Position numbers and translations under genes: made by a program
In this document: piece after piece, positions 39,120 through 53,283 of the stretch
How positions within the stretch are numbered: the first letter of the stretch is position 1
Layout: each line of letters begins with the position of its first letter
Notes under the pieces: model-generated
What the model was told of the DNA's origin: nothing
Database searches by the model: none
The model's input: only the letters and a program-made list of their open reading frames with translations
Source: Octopus vulgaris
Taxonomy: Eukaryota
Direction of reading: 5' to 3'
Length of the DNA: 64,000 bases
Assembly (NCBI GenBank): GCA_951406725.2
Contig: OX597822.1
Location: 35,216,001 to 35,280,000, forward strand

Positions 39120-39607
39120 GCATATATATATATATATATATATATATACAAATTGTGCTTATATATGTATGCTTGCATGTGTGTAAGCATTGTGTTTGTG
39201 CGTACGTGTGTGTGTGTCTATGTGCGTGTGTGTACGTGTGTGTGTTTATGTTGTTTATGTATGTGTTTATACCAAATCAAAACATTCGTGGAAATATTTT
39301 GTATAAGCAAAATAGTGAATACCAAACAGTCACGTAATGTACATAATGACGCTTTAAGAAAACCCAAACATTTTCATCATATAAAAATTATGAAGAAAAA
39401 CTCGTTTTTTCCCCGTCCTTGAGTGATTATCATCACATGGCTAATGGCAGACGATCGACCGATCCCCTTACATATTTCAATTGTAAATACGCTAAAATGT
39501 ATCGGAATGTCTGCTCCTTTCTGGGCTTTTCTACTACCGGTACAAGGAACGAAATTTTAGGCAAGGGGGATAGTTGTCTACGTCGCTCAAGTGCTCCACA
39601 GCTATTT

Positions 39608-39972
39608 ATTTTACCCATTTCTTTACTACCCACAAGGGGCTAAACACAGAGAGGACAAACAAGGACAGACAAAGGGATTAAGTCGATTATATTGACCCAG
39701 TGCGTAACTGGTACTTATTTAATCGAACCCGAAAGAATGAAAGGCAAAAGTCGACCTCGGCGGAACTTGAACTCAGAGCGTAGCGGCAGACGAAATACGG
39801 CTACGCATTTCGCCTGGCGTGCTACCGTTTCTGCCAGCTCGCCGCCTTACCGTCGCTGAAAGGATGAAAGGCAATGTGGAATTCGGCGGAACTGGAACTC
39901 GAAACGTTAAACCTTAAGAAATGTCGCTAAGCATTTTATCTAGCATGCTAACTATTCTGCCAGCTCACCACC
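39608..39972 (-). mobile_element. SINE family D, one long copy plus an adjacent head fragment
   Basis: Head AAGGCGGCGAGCTGGCAGAAAC...GAGTTCAAGTTCCGCCGAGGTCGAC; second head at 39856-39972. Confidence 0.85.
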
Positions 39973-40004
39973 TTGTCTGTCACATAAATATCAATATAAA
40001 GTGT

Positions 40005-40312
40005 TGTTGTTGTTTGTTCCGTTTCGAGCCACGCCTGGCTCATAAGGACCGGTTTCCCGGTTTCCTTTGGCGTATAGGCTCCCCACTTGGACGGGACACC
40101 CGTCCGTCGCAGGTGAGCTACAAGATGCAGGAGGAAAGAGTGAGAGAAAGTTGTGGCAAAAGTGTCAGCAGAAGTTCGCCATTACTTTCTGCCGGAGCCG
40201 CGTAGAGCTTAGGTGTTTCGCTCATAAACACACACATTGCCCGGTCTGAGATTCGAACCCGCAATCCCTCGACCGCGAGTCCGCTGCTCTAAACACTAGA
40301 CCATGTGCCTCC
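40005..40312 (-). mobile_element. SINE with family B-like head and the tail of the 5386-5619 element
   Basis: Head GGAGGCACATGG..GCGGACTCGCGG; tail CCTGCGACGGACGGGTGTCCCGTCC...GAAACCGG...(CAA)n. Confidence 0.85.
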
Positions 40313-40727
40313 ACCAATATAAATTAGTTTTATTTAAATGTATTTACTGCTTGAAACGCATTGCATAATTCCTACATATGTGCGTGTGTGTGATGTGTGA
40401 GAGAGTGTGTGTAAACGTGTGTGTGAGCGTGTGTGTGAGCGTGTATGTATGCACTTATGTATGTGTGTGTATGCGTGTGCTACTTTCTTCTAGTTAATCA
40501 GTGCTACTCTGAGTTTTACATGGCACGCCATTTTCAGATATGTTACGAGTCATAAAGGTGTGTTAAATTATTCAAGATCTATATCAGTATATATCTTTTT
40601 CACTTTCCCTCTGTATTCTGTACAACATTTGATTCATATAGGTGCGAAGGGTATTTGAGGACCTTCAATTATCAGTATATTACTCTCTTAAAACCAATTA
40701 AGAGCTTTATATTTTATTACATCCCCT

Positions 40728-41180
40728 ATGGCAGATAAAATGCTAATACCAGAAACGTAAAGAAATACAGTTATCGCTGTCCCATATGCGGAACATAGGG
40801 ATTCCGAAGCCAACATTGTAACAGGAGAAAGATCTGTTTTTAAACAAATTTCGGATGGAATAGAAACCTTGAGGCTGAAATATTTCACTGTAACAAAGAG
40901 ATAAAGATATTCTAAATATTCGATTGTTATAAGTACACTGTAATTCATCGATGATGTTGAACATTATCGAAAATGAACCCGGAAAAATCGGTGAAGGCTG
41001 TTGCCGAAGAACTTTAGGTTAGCAGATCTGCGGTGCAGGAGTACGTTCGATTCAAGTCGTATGTACTGAGGAAAGGCCAATGATTACTGCAAAGGCACAG
41101 GAAAACCGTTTGATCTGTGCCAAGTGGTTGTTTAACAAGATTTTAAAAAAAACCTCATGGACATAAAATGCTTTGGTTCT
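40728..41180 (+). mobile_element. Tc1/mariner-superfamily (maT-like) transposase N-terminal relic
   Basis: KSVKAVAEEL*VSRSAVQEYVRFKSYVLRKGQ and AQENRLICAKWLFNKI resemble the second HTH and linker. Confidence 0.55.
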
Positions 41181-41687
41181 TATAATACACGTTGGCTGAG
41201 TCTGCCGAAGGCGGAGTGGGCCGCCCCGATCCGGTTCTCCATGTCCTTTTCACACGTGGAGGTCTTTCAAAGGACACTTTCAAGGTCATCAAGAACTATA
41301 GCTTGAATACTATAAAATTTTTCTTTGGTATTCCAAAACGAGCTGTGTCGAAGATGCATAATCATTATTTATTTAATAACCGTATACTAAGCTCAGATTT
41401 ATATTTAATCTAAAAAGGTGTTCTCTTCATTAGTAGGCATTGCCGATAACATTAACTGAAGTTCTAGTTCTAATTAATGAAAATCTGTTACAGAGCTTCA
41501 CATTCAAATGGCGACTAAGAGTCTTCACATGCAATCCAATAACTAAAACAAGTACAAAATACTCTCAGTATATAAAACTAATAGTAGCACACAAAAACAC
41601 GTTAAGTTTGTTGAGTAATATTTAGCTCTAACCAGACGGTGTACACTTTTCGCTTGATCTTATCACCACGGAATTGCACACCATACT

Positions 41688-41731
<44 letters not shown>

Positions 41732-41766
41732 GACGAAAATACATAACTAATAGATAGTAAATAACT

Positions 41767-42094
41767 ATCTATTTTAATCTTTTCATTCACAGAAAACATA
41801 TAACTTGTCATATTTAATTTGTTTATCCGCATGATTGCCTATACATACATACATACATACATACATACATACATACATACATACATACATGCATACATGC
41901 ATGCATGCATGCATACATACATACATACATACATACATACATACATACATACATACATACATAGGTTTCGAGATGATGTACAGGTATTATATATTAGAAG
42001 AAATAAGGTACTCAGAAATCTGGATAGTTTTATATTTACAGATATTTATTAATATGTCACATGTTTTTATAAAACATCATCTCCAAACCTTCTA

Positions 42095-42125
<31 letters not shown>

Positions 42126-42304
42126 TGTATGTATGTATGTATGTATGTATAGGCAATCATGTGGATGTATGTATGTATGTATGTATGTATGTATGTATGT
42201 ATGTATGTATGTATGTATGTATGTATAGGCAATCATGTGGATAAACAAATTAAATATGACAAGTTATATATATATGTTTTCTGTGAATTAAAAGATTAAA
42301 ATAG
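41767..42304. repeat. Inverted duplication including a (CATA)n tract
   Basis: About 41767-41980 is inverted at about 42073-42304. Confidence 0.85.
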
Positions 42305-42656
42305 ATAATTATGTACTATACATGTTTCAAAAAATGCACCGGACTCACATTGTATAACTCAGTTCATAATTATACAGCATTCTTTCCAGACACATCAACC
42401 GATAATTAATGCACTCTTTTCAGAAATTTCGATAACAAAACAGTAGTTTATTACATTTATTTGTAAGGTTAAAATAACTGAGTGAAGTTTATGTTTGAAA
42501 ACTATTGACTACGAGCGAAATCGCTATTATATGCGTTTTGAAAAATACATACTACAATTCATGAAATTTCTTTTCGGTGAACATTTCGAACGCAGTTGTT
42601 CTTTATCAAATGTTCGTGTATGTGAACATTTGGGTATATTCATGCATAAATATGTA

Positions 42657-42879
42657 TTGGATCATCCCATAAGTTATATGCCCCACCCACCATATTCGCT
42701 AGATGTTGGCCCATCTGATTACCCTTTATTCCTCAGCCTTCAACACCATTTGGACGGAAAAAATACGAATTCTGTAGACGAAGTCAGAGCAGTACTGGAG
42801 GAATATTTTTAGTCATGGACAAGTGGATTTTGAAAGAGAGGCCTTGCAAGTCAACCACATAGATGGAAGAGTAGTGTAG

Positions 42880-42925
<46 letters not shown>

Positions 42926-43012
42926 TATTTTAGACTAAGAAAGTACTTCGTTTACTTATCTTGAATTGTAAAAGCAGCATAAAAATACCGCATAATTTAT
43001 GGGATGACCCAA
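42657..43012 (+). mobile_element. Internally deleted mariner (356 bp) with TA duplications
   Basis: TA|TTGGATCATCCCATAAGTTAT ... ATAATTTATGGGATGACCCAA|TA; encodes PHPPYSLDVGPSDYPLF. Confidence 0.9.
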
Positions 43013-43134
43013 TATGTAAGCATGCATATATGTATGTGTATATATGTATTTATATATATATGTATGTATGCATGCATGTATGTATATTTATGTGCATATA
43101 CATACATATACATATATACTCTTTCATTCGTTTT

Positions 43135-43545
43135 TACTCTTTTACTTGTTTCAATCATTTGACTGCGGCCATGCTGGAGCACCACCTTTAGTCGAGCAAA
43201 TCGACTCCAGGACTTATTCTTTGTAAGCCTAGTATATATTCTATCGGTCTCTTTTGCCGAACTGCTAAGTTACGGGGACGTAAACACAGCAGCATCAGTT
43301 GTCAAGCGATGTTGGGGAGACAAACATACACACAAACATACACATACATACATTTATATACATATATATGACAGGCTTCTTTCAGTTTCCGTCTACCAAA
43401 TCCCGTCTACCAAATCCACTCACAAGGCTTTGGTCGGCCTGAGGCTATAGTAGACGACACTTGCCCAAGGTGCGACGCAGTGGGACTGAACGCGGAACGA
43501 TGTGGTTGGTAAGCAAGCTTCTTACCACACAGCCACTCCTGCGCC
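43135..43545 (-). mobile_element. SINE family A, full length
   Basis: Colinear; carries a small internal tandem duplication of CCGTCTACCAAATC. Confidence 0.92.
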
Positions 43546-44647
43546 TGCACATTTTTACATACATATATGTGCTATGTCTAAATTCACACAAACACACACG
43601 CGCGCGGAAACACACACACACATGCATACACATATATATGTAGGTAAAATCTAAGGATCAAAGCGTAGCAACTTAGTAAGCTTCGAGCAGTCCGGATTGG
43701 ATATTCTACTCCTCACAGCACGTTCACTGTAGCACTGTATTTGTTTAATCCTGTTAAGCGTGAAAAATAACCTTGGGATATATATTCTTGATATTTTGAA
43801 ATCATTTTCCTTTTATTTGAGATTAGCCAACAATTGCCGCTTGATTTTGTTTTCCAAAATCGAGACGGCTCATTGGGACTTTCGTATTGCTGCCAAATGT
43901 TGACTCAAGTTTTACAGAGTTCCGATATCTTATAATAGAATTTTGCTTTCCATTTTCAGTTATCTTTCTAGCCTTCACTTCGCTCTGTTAAGCCTTGTTT
44001 AATTTAATAGATATAGTCCCTATTAATTAAAGATATCGCGCTTACCACATTAAGTATGCTAGCCCATACTTTGGCCAGTATCGTTTAACGTTTGTCAAAT
44101 TGTCTCAATTATACAAACAGACAGATACATCTTCCCTTCCTTCTTTAACTGTTTGGATCATTTATCCTCTTTGTACCCGATTTAGCGTCTATTTATCAAT
44201 GTATATTGTCAATTATGATAAACTATAACAGAATACTAACTTAGCCAGTATGCATTGTGTTAACCTATTATTAACAGAGATTTCTGTGAAATATTTGCTT
44301 CAGGAGATTATGTGATTTATTTGGATATGAATCAACCTTGAGATTTGTTCAATTTATATCCTGATTTTCCACATGATAAATTATTCATTCTTTGTAATAA
44401 ATGGAACTGAGAGTCCTGCAGCGGATTTCTATGTCAACGAAATGTGTAAATATAATTGAATAAATTCATATCTCAGTGCGTGAGTGCGCGCACTCGTGTG
44501 TGTGTGTGTGTGTGTTGTGTGTGTGTTTGCAAGTATGGATTCTACGTGATGGTGATGTGATAATTGCAGAGACATGTTTACGCTGGAGAGATGTCGTGTG
44601 TATGTGAAAGTGTACACACGTATGATTATTCATATTTTGGTATGCGT

Positions 44648-44685
<38 letters not shown>

Positions 44686-44723
44686 ATATATATATATATA
44701 TACATATAAATATATATATATAC

Positions 44724-44764
<41 letters not shown>

Positions 44765-45363
44765 ATATATATATGCATATATATATATGCATATATATAT
44801 ATGCATGTATATGTGTCTTTCTTTGTGTATGTGTATACAGGTATGTATATGTGTATATTGAGAGATATGGAGAGGGGAACGAGAGGGAGAGAGATAGCGA
44901 GAGAGAGAAAGAGAAACATACATACAAAAAGGCTCACTGACTGACATACTGGAGGAGAGAAGCAGAGAGGAAAAGTGACAAATACATAGATACACACACA
45001 TACACGTGCACACACACATACACACGCAAACACGACACGGATACACACTCACACACATGTATACACACACACACACATATATATATATTTGTACATATAT
45101 ACATATATATACATACATGTATATGTATATATATATATGTACATATATATGTATATTTGTACATATATGCATATATATATGCATACATATATATATACAT
45201 ACATATGTATGCATACATGTGTATATATATATATCATATGTATGCATACATATATATATATATATATATATGTATCATATATATATATATATATATATGC
45301 ATACATATATATATATATATATATATGCATACATGTGTATATATATATATATATATATCTATG

Positions 45364-45448
<85 letters not shown>

Positions 45449-45521
45449 GTATGCATACATACATATATATATATATGCATACATATATATATACATATGT
45501 ATGCATACATATATATATATA

Positions 45522-45569
<48 letters not shown>

Positions 45570-45593
45570 TACATACATATATATACATATAGG

Positions 45594-45648
<55 letters not shown>

Positions 45649-45771
45649 GTGTGTGTGTGTTTGTGTGTGCGTATGTGTGTATACATATATAACAATATCA
45701 CTTGTAGAATAACTTCTGCATGGATTGTTTGATAGATAGAGATTGTGATGCACAAGGCGTGGTTGTGTGCA

Positions 45772-46026
45772 GGCACAGGCGTGGCTGTGTGGTAAGAAGG
45801 TGTCACCCAGTGGGTTGAGTCCCATTGGGTGGTACCTTGGGCAAGTGACTTCTGCTACAGGCTTGGGCCAACCAAAGCCGTGTGAGTGGGTTTGGTAGAC
45901 GGAAACCGAAAGAAGCCTGTCGTATATATGTGTATATATATATGTGTGTCTGTGCTTGTTTGTGTGTATGTGTGTGTGTGTATGTGTGTGCGTATGTGCG
46001 TGCGTATGTGTGTGCGGGCGTGCGCG

Positions 46027-46058
<32 letters not shown>

Positions 46059-46280
46059 TGTGTGTGTGTGTGCGCGTGCGCGTGTCCCTCTACCATCGCT
46101 TGACAACCAATGCTGGTGTTTTTATTTCTCCGTAACCTAGCAGTTCAACAAAAGAGAACGATAGAATAAGCACTAAACTTACAAAGAATAAGTCCTGGGG
46201 TTGATTTCTTCGACTAAAACCTTTTAAGCCGGGAGTCCGGCATGGCCACAGTCAAATGAGTCTATCAAGTGAAAGTATAA
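45772..46280 (+). mobile_element. SINE family A with expanded internal microsatellite
   Basis: Head, about 170-bp (TG)-rich tract, body and tail. Confidence 0.88.
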
Positions 46281-46471
46281 ACGAGTGAAAGAATATATAT
46301 ATGAATACAGATATATGAGTATATTCATATATACGTAAATATATATTTACATGCGTATAGATATATGCACATGCCTATAGATACTTGCATTTATGCAGAT
46401 GTGTGCGTATATAGCTATAAATGTATATACTCCTAAATATATATATATATATACATACACACTCACACACA

Positions 46472-46521
<50 letters not shown>

Positions 46522-46687
46522 CATATACATATATATAGGCATATATACATGCATATATATTATAAATATATGTACATATACGCATATGTATGTATGTTTA
46601 AAGATAGATATTTATGTATGTGTGTGTATGCATATTGGTATGTATATAGACATGTATATGTGTATGTATCTATCTGTATGTGTATAC

Positions 46688-46727
<40 letters not shown>

Positions 46728-47065
46728 GAAATATTAATATTACTAAGTCTCTATATAAATGTTTATTTGTGTGTGGACGTGACTTGAAGAAGATATAATG
46801 CACGCAGTATGAAATATATCTTCTGCAACCGAACTCTCACATATCTCGTTACTACTTTACTTAACATTCAAAGCTAAACAACGCTTAATTTATTAAAAGT
46901 ATTACCTTAAATGTTAGATCAATCATGATCTACCTGACTAATTCATTATTTGGATAGATATTGCTTTCGTTAGTTAGGGAAAAGTTTTATCTTTTGCCTA
47001 CCCAATAGCACAGACATTCTAAAAGTATATGCTGCAGAAATCCCCGGATATATCCTGTATTTTTT

Positions 47066-48035
47066 TTGTTAATCTCGAGGAGCAAGGTGCTCCCCCAGAA
47101 AGGCTATGTAAGCGTCGGCAGTCATTTTAACACCGTCCGGCACTTTCCAAGACCCATCTGTGATATCTCCAATAATAACTTCCCAAATCAGTATGCCTCT
47201 TCCCCCATTGCTGGCGCCTCAAGCGTTGATGATGATCACGTCCATATACAACCCATACATTGCTCCAACCATTAGATTCTTCAAGGGTAACACGAGTTGT
47301 GTCCGTAAACAGAACTTTTAAAAAGTCGACTTACATGTTATCTTCTGCCCATTTCAGACGATTTTGTATGTGTATTTTGTATAAAGAAGGTCTTCTTCTT
47401 CTTCTCCTCCTTTTTCTTATTCTCTTTCTCCTCCTTCTTCTTGTCGTCCTTCTTCTTCTCCTCCTTCTTGTCCTCCTTCTTGGGCTCCTCCTTCTTCTCC
47501 TCCTCCTTCTCCTTCTTTTCCTCCTTCTCCTCCTCTTTCTTCTCCTCCTCCTCCTTCTCCTTCTTCTCCTCCTCCTTCTCCTCCTCCTTCTTCTCCTCCT
47601 CCTTCTCCTCCTTCTCCTCCTTCTCCTCCTTCTTCTTCTCCTTCTCCTTCTTCTCCTCCTTCCCTTTCTCCTCCTTCTCCTCACCGTCTTCCTCCTCCTC
47701 CTCCTCCTCCTTCTCCTTCTTTTCCTTTACCGACCTTTTTCAGAAGATGACATCGGGTAGTTCTGGACACAGTTATTTCGCCAATGCCCTTTGAATTTCT
47801 CCAGTTGTTAGACCTTTCGTCCTTTACAACTTCACGCTTAATTCGTGATGGAGAACGTTGAGAAACAGCCTTCGACTGACCCTTGTCGGCTCTTTTATTA
47901 CGTATCTTTTTACTTGCTCACGGTCTGGTGACATCTTGCAATTATTTTACATATTTCTATTGTTGATTTACCTTTTGCGAGTTCAGAGGTAATAACAGAT
48001 TTCTCTGAAGCAGTTAAGTCACATTGACGACCACG
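47066..48035 (-). mobile_element. Tc1-like transposase relic split by a trinucleotide tract
   Basis: GRQCDLTASEKSVITSELAKGKSTIEI..., SRTTRCHLL, then after the tract HIQNRLKWAEDNM*VDFLKVLFTD, RLRRQQ and VPDGVKMTADAYIAFL. Confidence 0.85.
47391..47722. repeat. (CTT/CTC)n polypyrimidine microsatellite
   Basis: Direct reading. Confidence 0.95.
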
Positions 48036-48201
48036 AATATCGGACCACTCGTTAATAATTAGCAACACCGAAACTTCGTGTTACCTGTCCTGCTTCTCAA
48101 TTTTCTCTTTCGTTGTTTACGTATTTAACTCATTTGTTTTCGTACTTCATGTTGTTTACTGTTGGTGACGTCCTGTAGCCATATGTATATATATATATAT
48201 A

Positions 48202-48498
48202 TGGTCCAGTAGTTAGGGCAGCGGACTCGCGGTCGTAGAATCGCGAATTCGATTCCCAGATCGGGCGTTGTGAGTGTTTATTGAGCGAAAACACCTAAAG
48301 CTCCAGGAGGCTCCGGCAGGGGGTGGTGGCGATCCCTGGTGTACTCTTTCGCCCCAACTTTCTCTCACTCTTTCTTCTGTTGGCCTGCTCGCTTAGCCAG
48401 CGGGGTTGGCGTCATTTGAAGGCTAAAACAATGCGAAGCGTATTATGACCAGCGATGTGTAGTAACATCTGATAGCCTTGTCGGTCACGGTGATCGCG

Positions 48499-48502
<4 letters not shown>
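48202..48502 (+). mobile_element. SINE family B with alternative tail
   Basis: Family B head; tail ends TCGGTCACGGTGATCGCGGTGAT. Confidence 0.88.
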
Positions 48503-48539
<37 letters not shown>

Positions 48540-48727
48540 GCATATATTTACATATATATGTGATGTATATATATATGATGTATATACATATATATATATA
48601 TATAAAATTAGGGCTTAGTAAAATAAATTACTTTGCCACATACTGAACTTAGTGAATTCGCCTTAAATGGTCCTTTTACATACTGAACACTTGGTGAAAT
48701 TGATTAATTAATTTTACCCTCAATTGT

Positions 48728-48778
<51 letters not shown>

Positions 48779-49009
48779 TATGAATGTATGTACATATTTG
48801 TATTTAATATTATATGCACAATGACACTTGTGTTCTGCAAAGAGTGCCAAAGAATGTAAACGAGAGAGAATGAGAGGTGTCGAATAACATCTTTTAATTA
48901 AGATTTTAATTACTAAATCTATAATATTTCTACATTGCTTAGCTGTTAATCCAGCTTTAGCAATTACATACATACATACGTACATACATACATACATAGA
49001 AACATACGT

Positions 49010-49078
<69 letters not shown>

Positions 49079-49420
49079 TAGATGTACATGTATTTAATTG
49101 CGTTTAAAAGAATAGAATTTCAAGCAGATAAAGAGAATAAATCATGTTGTGTAGATTTTTTTCGCCTAATCTAGTTTCGTTATAGTAAACGGATATCAAT
49201 TTTCCAAACACACACATATACAAACACACAGATACGCACGCAGACACACGCACACACACACGTGTGTGTATATACAAAAGTTATAAAAGGTACTCACTAG
49301 CCCCGCTTTTGGTAAAGATACGAGTTAAACTAACTCAAATTCACAAACGCAGTCTTAAGTGACTGACAAAGGGAGGCAGTTCACCAGCGCACATAGCCGG
49401 ATCGTGATATCGAATTTTGA

Positions 49421-49809
49421 TACTCTCTTTTACTCCTTTACTTGTTTCAGTCATTTGACTGCGGCCATGCTGGAGCACCGCCTTTAGTCGAGCAAATCGA
49501 CCCCGGGACTTATTCTTTGTAAGCCCAGTATTTATTCTATCGGTCTCTTTTGCCGAACCGCTAAGTGACGGGGACATAAACACACCAGCATTGGTCGTCA
49601 AGCAATGCTAGGGGGACAAACACACACACATATATATACATATATACGACGGACTTCTTTCAGTTTCCGTCTACCAAATCCACTCACAAGGCATTGGTCA
49701 GCCCGGGGCTACAGCAGAAGACATTTGCCCAAGATGCCACGCAGTGGGACTGAACCCAGAACCATGTGGTTGGTTAGCAAGCTACTTACCACACAGCCAC
49801 TCCTGCGCC
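49421..49809 (-). mobile_element. SINE family A, full length
   Basis: Colinear with 3236-3641. Confidence 0.92.
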
Positions 49810-49875
49810 TTCTTAATATAGACCTTCTTAATGTAGACCTTAATATAGACCTTCTTGATGTAGACCTTCTTAATA
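49808..49875. repeat. 15-bp minisatellite (CCTTCTTAATRTAGA), about 4.5 units
   Basis: Direct reading; abuts the SINE head. Confidence 0.8.
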
Positions 49876-50421
49876 CTCATCAGCGGCTCTTAATGCCTAA
49901 TGTTTATCTCAACTTCCTCTGGCAGACAAACGGATACGGAAATAAAAAATGTTGAAAAAACGTGTGCTGATTTCGTAAACGGTAAAAGTGTAAACAACAA
50001 ATTAAAAGGATGGCTTACTAGCAATTAAAACCTCAAGACAACATTAATAGAGGCCCAAAAGTGACAGATGATACTGATTAGAACCGCTTTTGCTAAAGAT
50101 AAGAGTTAAACTAACTCAAAGTCACAAACGCACTGTCTTGGTTTTGCCTTTACGTTCTAATTGCTAATAAGCCAACCTTTTAATTTGTTAGCCGTCATGC
50201 TTGATCGCTAAATTCATCAGTTTTTTTTATTCTCTCTCTTTTTCTGTTTCTCTCTCTCTCTCTCTCTCTCTCTGTTTATTTTCCCTTATTCATTTCTGTT
50301 GAAGAGTGTAGACTCGAAACGTAAAAGATTTTCTCACTTTCCTGAGAGTAAAACTAATACACCTGTTTGTTGTTCATACATCTAACTTCGTCTTTTATTT
50401 TCTGTAAATTTCAACTATTCT

Positions 50422-50750
50422 GAGACCCTCTTCGGTCATGACTGACCATGAGATTCACCTGGAAAGTTACCCTCCCAGGCACAAGTCCGGGCAAGGTTGT
50501 TTATGGAAGACCATCAGTCGCCCATGCATACCAGCCTCCCCTCTCCACGCGACCAGTGTTATCCAAGGAAAAGGCAAAGGCCGATACAGATTGGCACCTG
50601 TGACGTCAGAACTCATTTCTACAGCTGAGTGAAAAGGAGCAACGTAAAATAAAGTGTCTTGCTCAAGAACACAACACGTAGCCCGGTCCGGGATTCGAAC
50701 TCACAACCTCGCGATCGTAAACTATACGCTCTAACCACTGAGCCAAACGA
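50422..50750 (-). mobile_element. tRNA-derived SINE, head type C with third tail type
   Basis: TGGCTCAGTGGTTAGAGC, GAGTTCGAATCCC and TGTGTTCTTGAGCAAGACACTT; tail shared with 24941-25139. Confidence 0.88.
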
Positions 50751-51043
50751 CTTCACTTCTACTATATATATATATATGAAACACGCATTGAGACGAAACA
50801 GGGGCAGCTGAAGAAGGGGAATGTTCCTTGCGTTGTTTGTCTTGTAATCTGTTTTTTCGTTGTTAAAAACAAGTCCGTTTCCTTGTTCGATTTTATGTTT
50901 TCGTTTCTCGTTGTGTTCTACGTTTATTTGTGATGTCCTGTACTCATATATGCATGTATATATACATATAGATGTAGGTATGTACATATATGTATGTATG
51001 CATATGTTTTATTTATTAAATTGTTGTATATATATATATATAC

Positions 51044-51074
<31 letters not shown>

Positions 51075-51120
51075 GAGAGATACACACATGCTCATATTTA
51101 ATTCTAGATAGATAGATAGT

Positions 51121-51166
<46 letters not shown>

Positions 51167-51659
51167 TTTAGATAGACAGAGACACACACAAGCACACAGA
51201 CAGATAGGTAGATAGATAGTTAGACAGACAGACAGACAGGCATAAATCTAGTCTTGTCATATATGTAGGGTAGTTAATGTTTCGTTCAGAGAGTGCCCTG
51301 TAATTTTGCAACAATTTCTATATGCATATTGAGGTCGACTGTATATTTTCCTTTCTTTTAAACTGCGTAGTCTTGTGTGCGCAGCAGCTTGCTGGTTCTC
51401 TCGAGCAAATTTCTTACGTAAAATCGCCTTCGTTCCGTCCGTTTTGGGCTTTTTTCTTTCGTTACATAACTGATCGTTGTGTATTCAAGGTTAGTGTTAG
51501 AGCGGGAAGTAATGAGAAACAGCTGGGTTACTTCCCCTCCTCGTCCTTCATGCTGCATTACTTATTTCCAGTTTGTTTGCTACCCAATAGAACCTAGATT
51601 CCAATTAACTGCTGCACACATAAAACTTGTATAATTAAAGCCGGACCAAAAAACAAAAA

Positions 51660-52440
51660 GCAACACGAGGAGGAGAGGAAGAGAAGGAGGAGAAGAACAA
51701 CAACGGCTACAATAAGGAAGAAGGGGGAAGGGAGGAAAATGTAGAAGCAGAAGATGAAGAAAAACAACATCGCGGAGGAGAAGAGGGAGAAGGAGGAGGA
51801 GAAGAAGAAGAAGAAGGAAGCGGAGAAGGAGGAGAAGAAAAAGAAGAAAAATGAAGTGGGAACAGAATATAAGTAACACTACGAAGACAAATGCGGAAGA
51901 GGGGGAAGAAGTGGAGGAAAGGGAGGAAGCAGAGATGGAGGAGAAGAACGGAAGAAGAAAAAGAAGGAGGAGGGGAGGAGGAGGAAAATGAGGGAGGAGG
52001 AGAATATGGTGAAGTAAAGAACATCAGGGACAGCAGTAAACACTTGAAGAAACTTTGGTTGGAATAATATGAAGACAACGGGGAAAGAAGAGGAAGGGGA
52101 GGAGGTAAATAAATGAGGAAGGAGGAAAAGAATACGTGGATGAAGAGGAAGGGGAGTAGAAACGAGGAAGAAGAAGAAAAGAAGAAGAAGAAAAGAAGAA
52201 GAAGAAAAAGAAGAAAAGAAAAAGAAGAAGAAAAGAAGAAGAAAGAAAAAGAAAAAGAAGAAAAAGAAGAAGAAGAAGAAGAAGAAGAAGAAAGAAAAAG
52301 AAGAAGAAGAAAAAGAAGAAGAAGAAGAAAAGAAGAAGAAGAAGAAGAAGAAGAAGAAGAAGAAGAAGAAGAACGGGAATATGGTAAAGTAAATAATATC
52401 AGAGACAGAAGTAAACACTTCGAGAGACTTTGGTCAATTA
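51660..52440. repeat. Purine-rich (GAA/GGA) low-complexity region
   Basis: Direct reading; includes a duplicated about 60-bp non-simple unit at about 52000 and 52375. Confidence 0.9.
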
Positions 52441-52881
52441 CATTAGCAGAAACTTCATTTACGCTGAATACGCCACCGAGTAACACATCGGGAAGAAGAT
52501 AATCCGGCATCAATGGAATGTAGGACACTTACAATTGAAAATATATAGCATCCAACGTGATTGACATTACTGGAAAAAAGCCAGACATTAATTGTTACAT
52601 ATTCCAACATATGAAGCAATTTATTGCTTGAAAGATTGTGTCTAAATTTTTTATTTCTATTTCTTTTTTTATGTCTATATTTCTATTTCTTATTGTTTAT
52701 ATTATTTTTCTTAATTTTTTTTTTTTTGGTTGATGTTTTATTTTTCCGTCGGCAAAGAAACATCGCTTTGTTGTGTCACATTCGTTTTTGACTGACGGAC
52801 GATGTGTTCCGTACATCAGGAAATTTTTTCTCTTCTATATATGTATTATTATTTATTTTTACCAAAATGCAATGGCCATAT

Positions 52882-52922
<41 letters not shown>

Positions 52923-52923
52923 C

Positions 52924-52998
<75 letters not shown>

Positions 52999-53198
52999 AG
53001 TTAATCCAAACAAGAAAGCACAAAAAAACACAACAACGCGAGGACGTGGCACAAATATAGTATTATTGGACGCTCAGGAAAGAAGGAAGAAGGAGGGCCT
53101 AACGTTTCGAGCGGAGCTCTTCGTCGGAAACATAGAAGGAAAGATCCAGAGAAGGGAAGACAGAGGAAAAAAATCGCCAACGGTACACACGAGGTCAC

Positions 53199-53283
<85 letters not shown>

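Noticed and set aside
43700-44430. SGYKLNKS on the minus strand, resembling an L1 ORF2 motif
   Set aside because: Single short match with no flanking RT motifs found.
44564-45825. Long YIYI/HTHT/CVCV ORFs here and at 30497-31175, 53600-54532 and 55873-56516
   Set aside because: Translations of (TA)n, (CA)n and (GATA)n microsatellites, which lack stop codons.
47260-47794. Poly-Leu, poly-Arg and poly-Ser ORFs (protamine-like or signal-peptide-like)
   Set aside because: Frames of a (CTT/CTC)n tract inside a Tc1 relic.
51707-52528. Ser/Phe-rich and Glu/Lys-rich ORFs up to 273 aa
   Set aside because: Low-complexity GAA/GGA tract; no domain or convincing splice structure.
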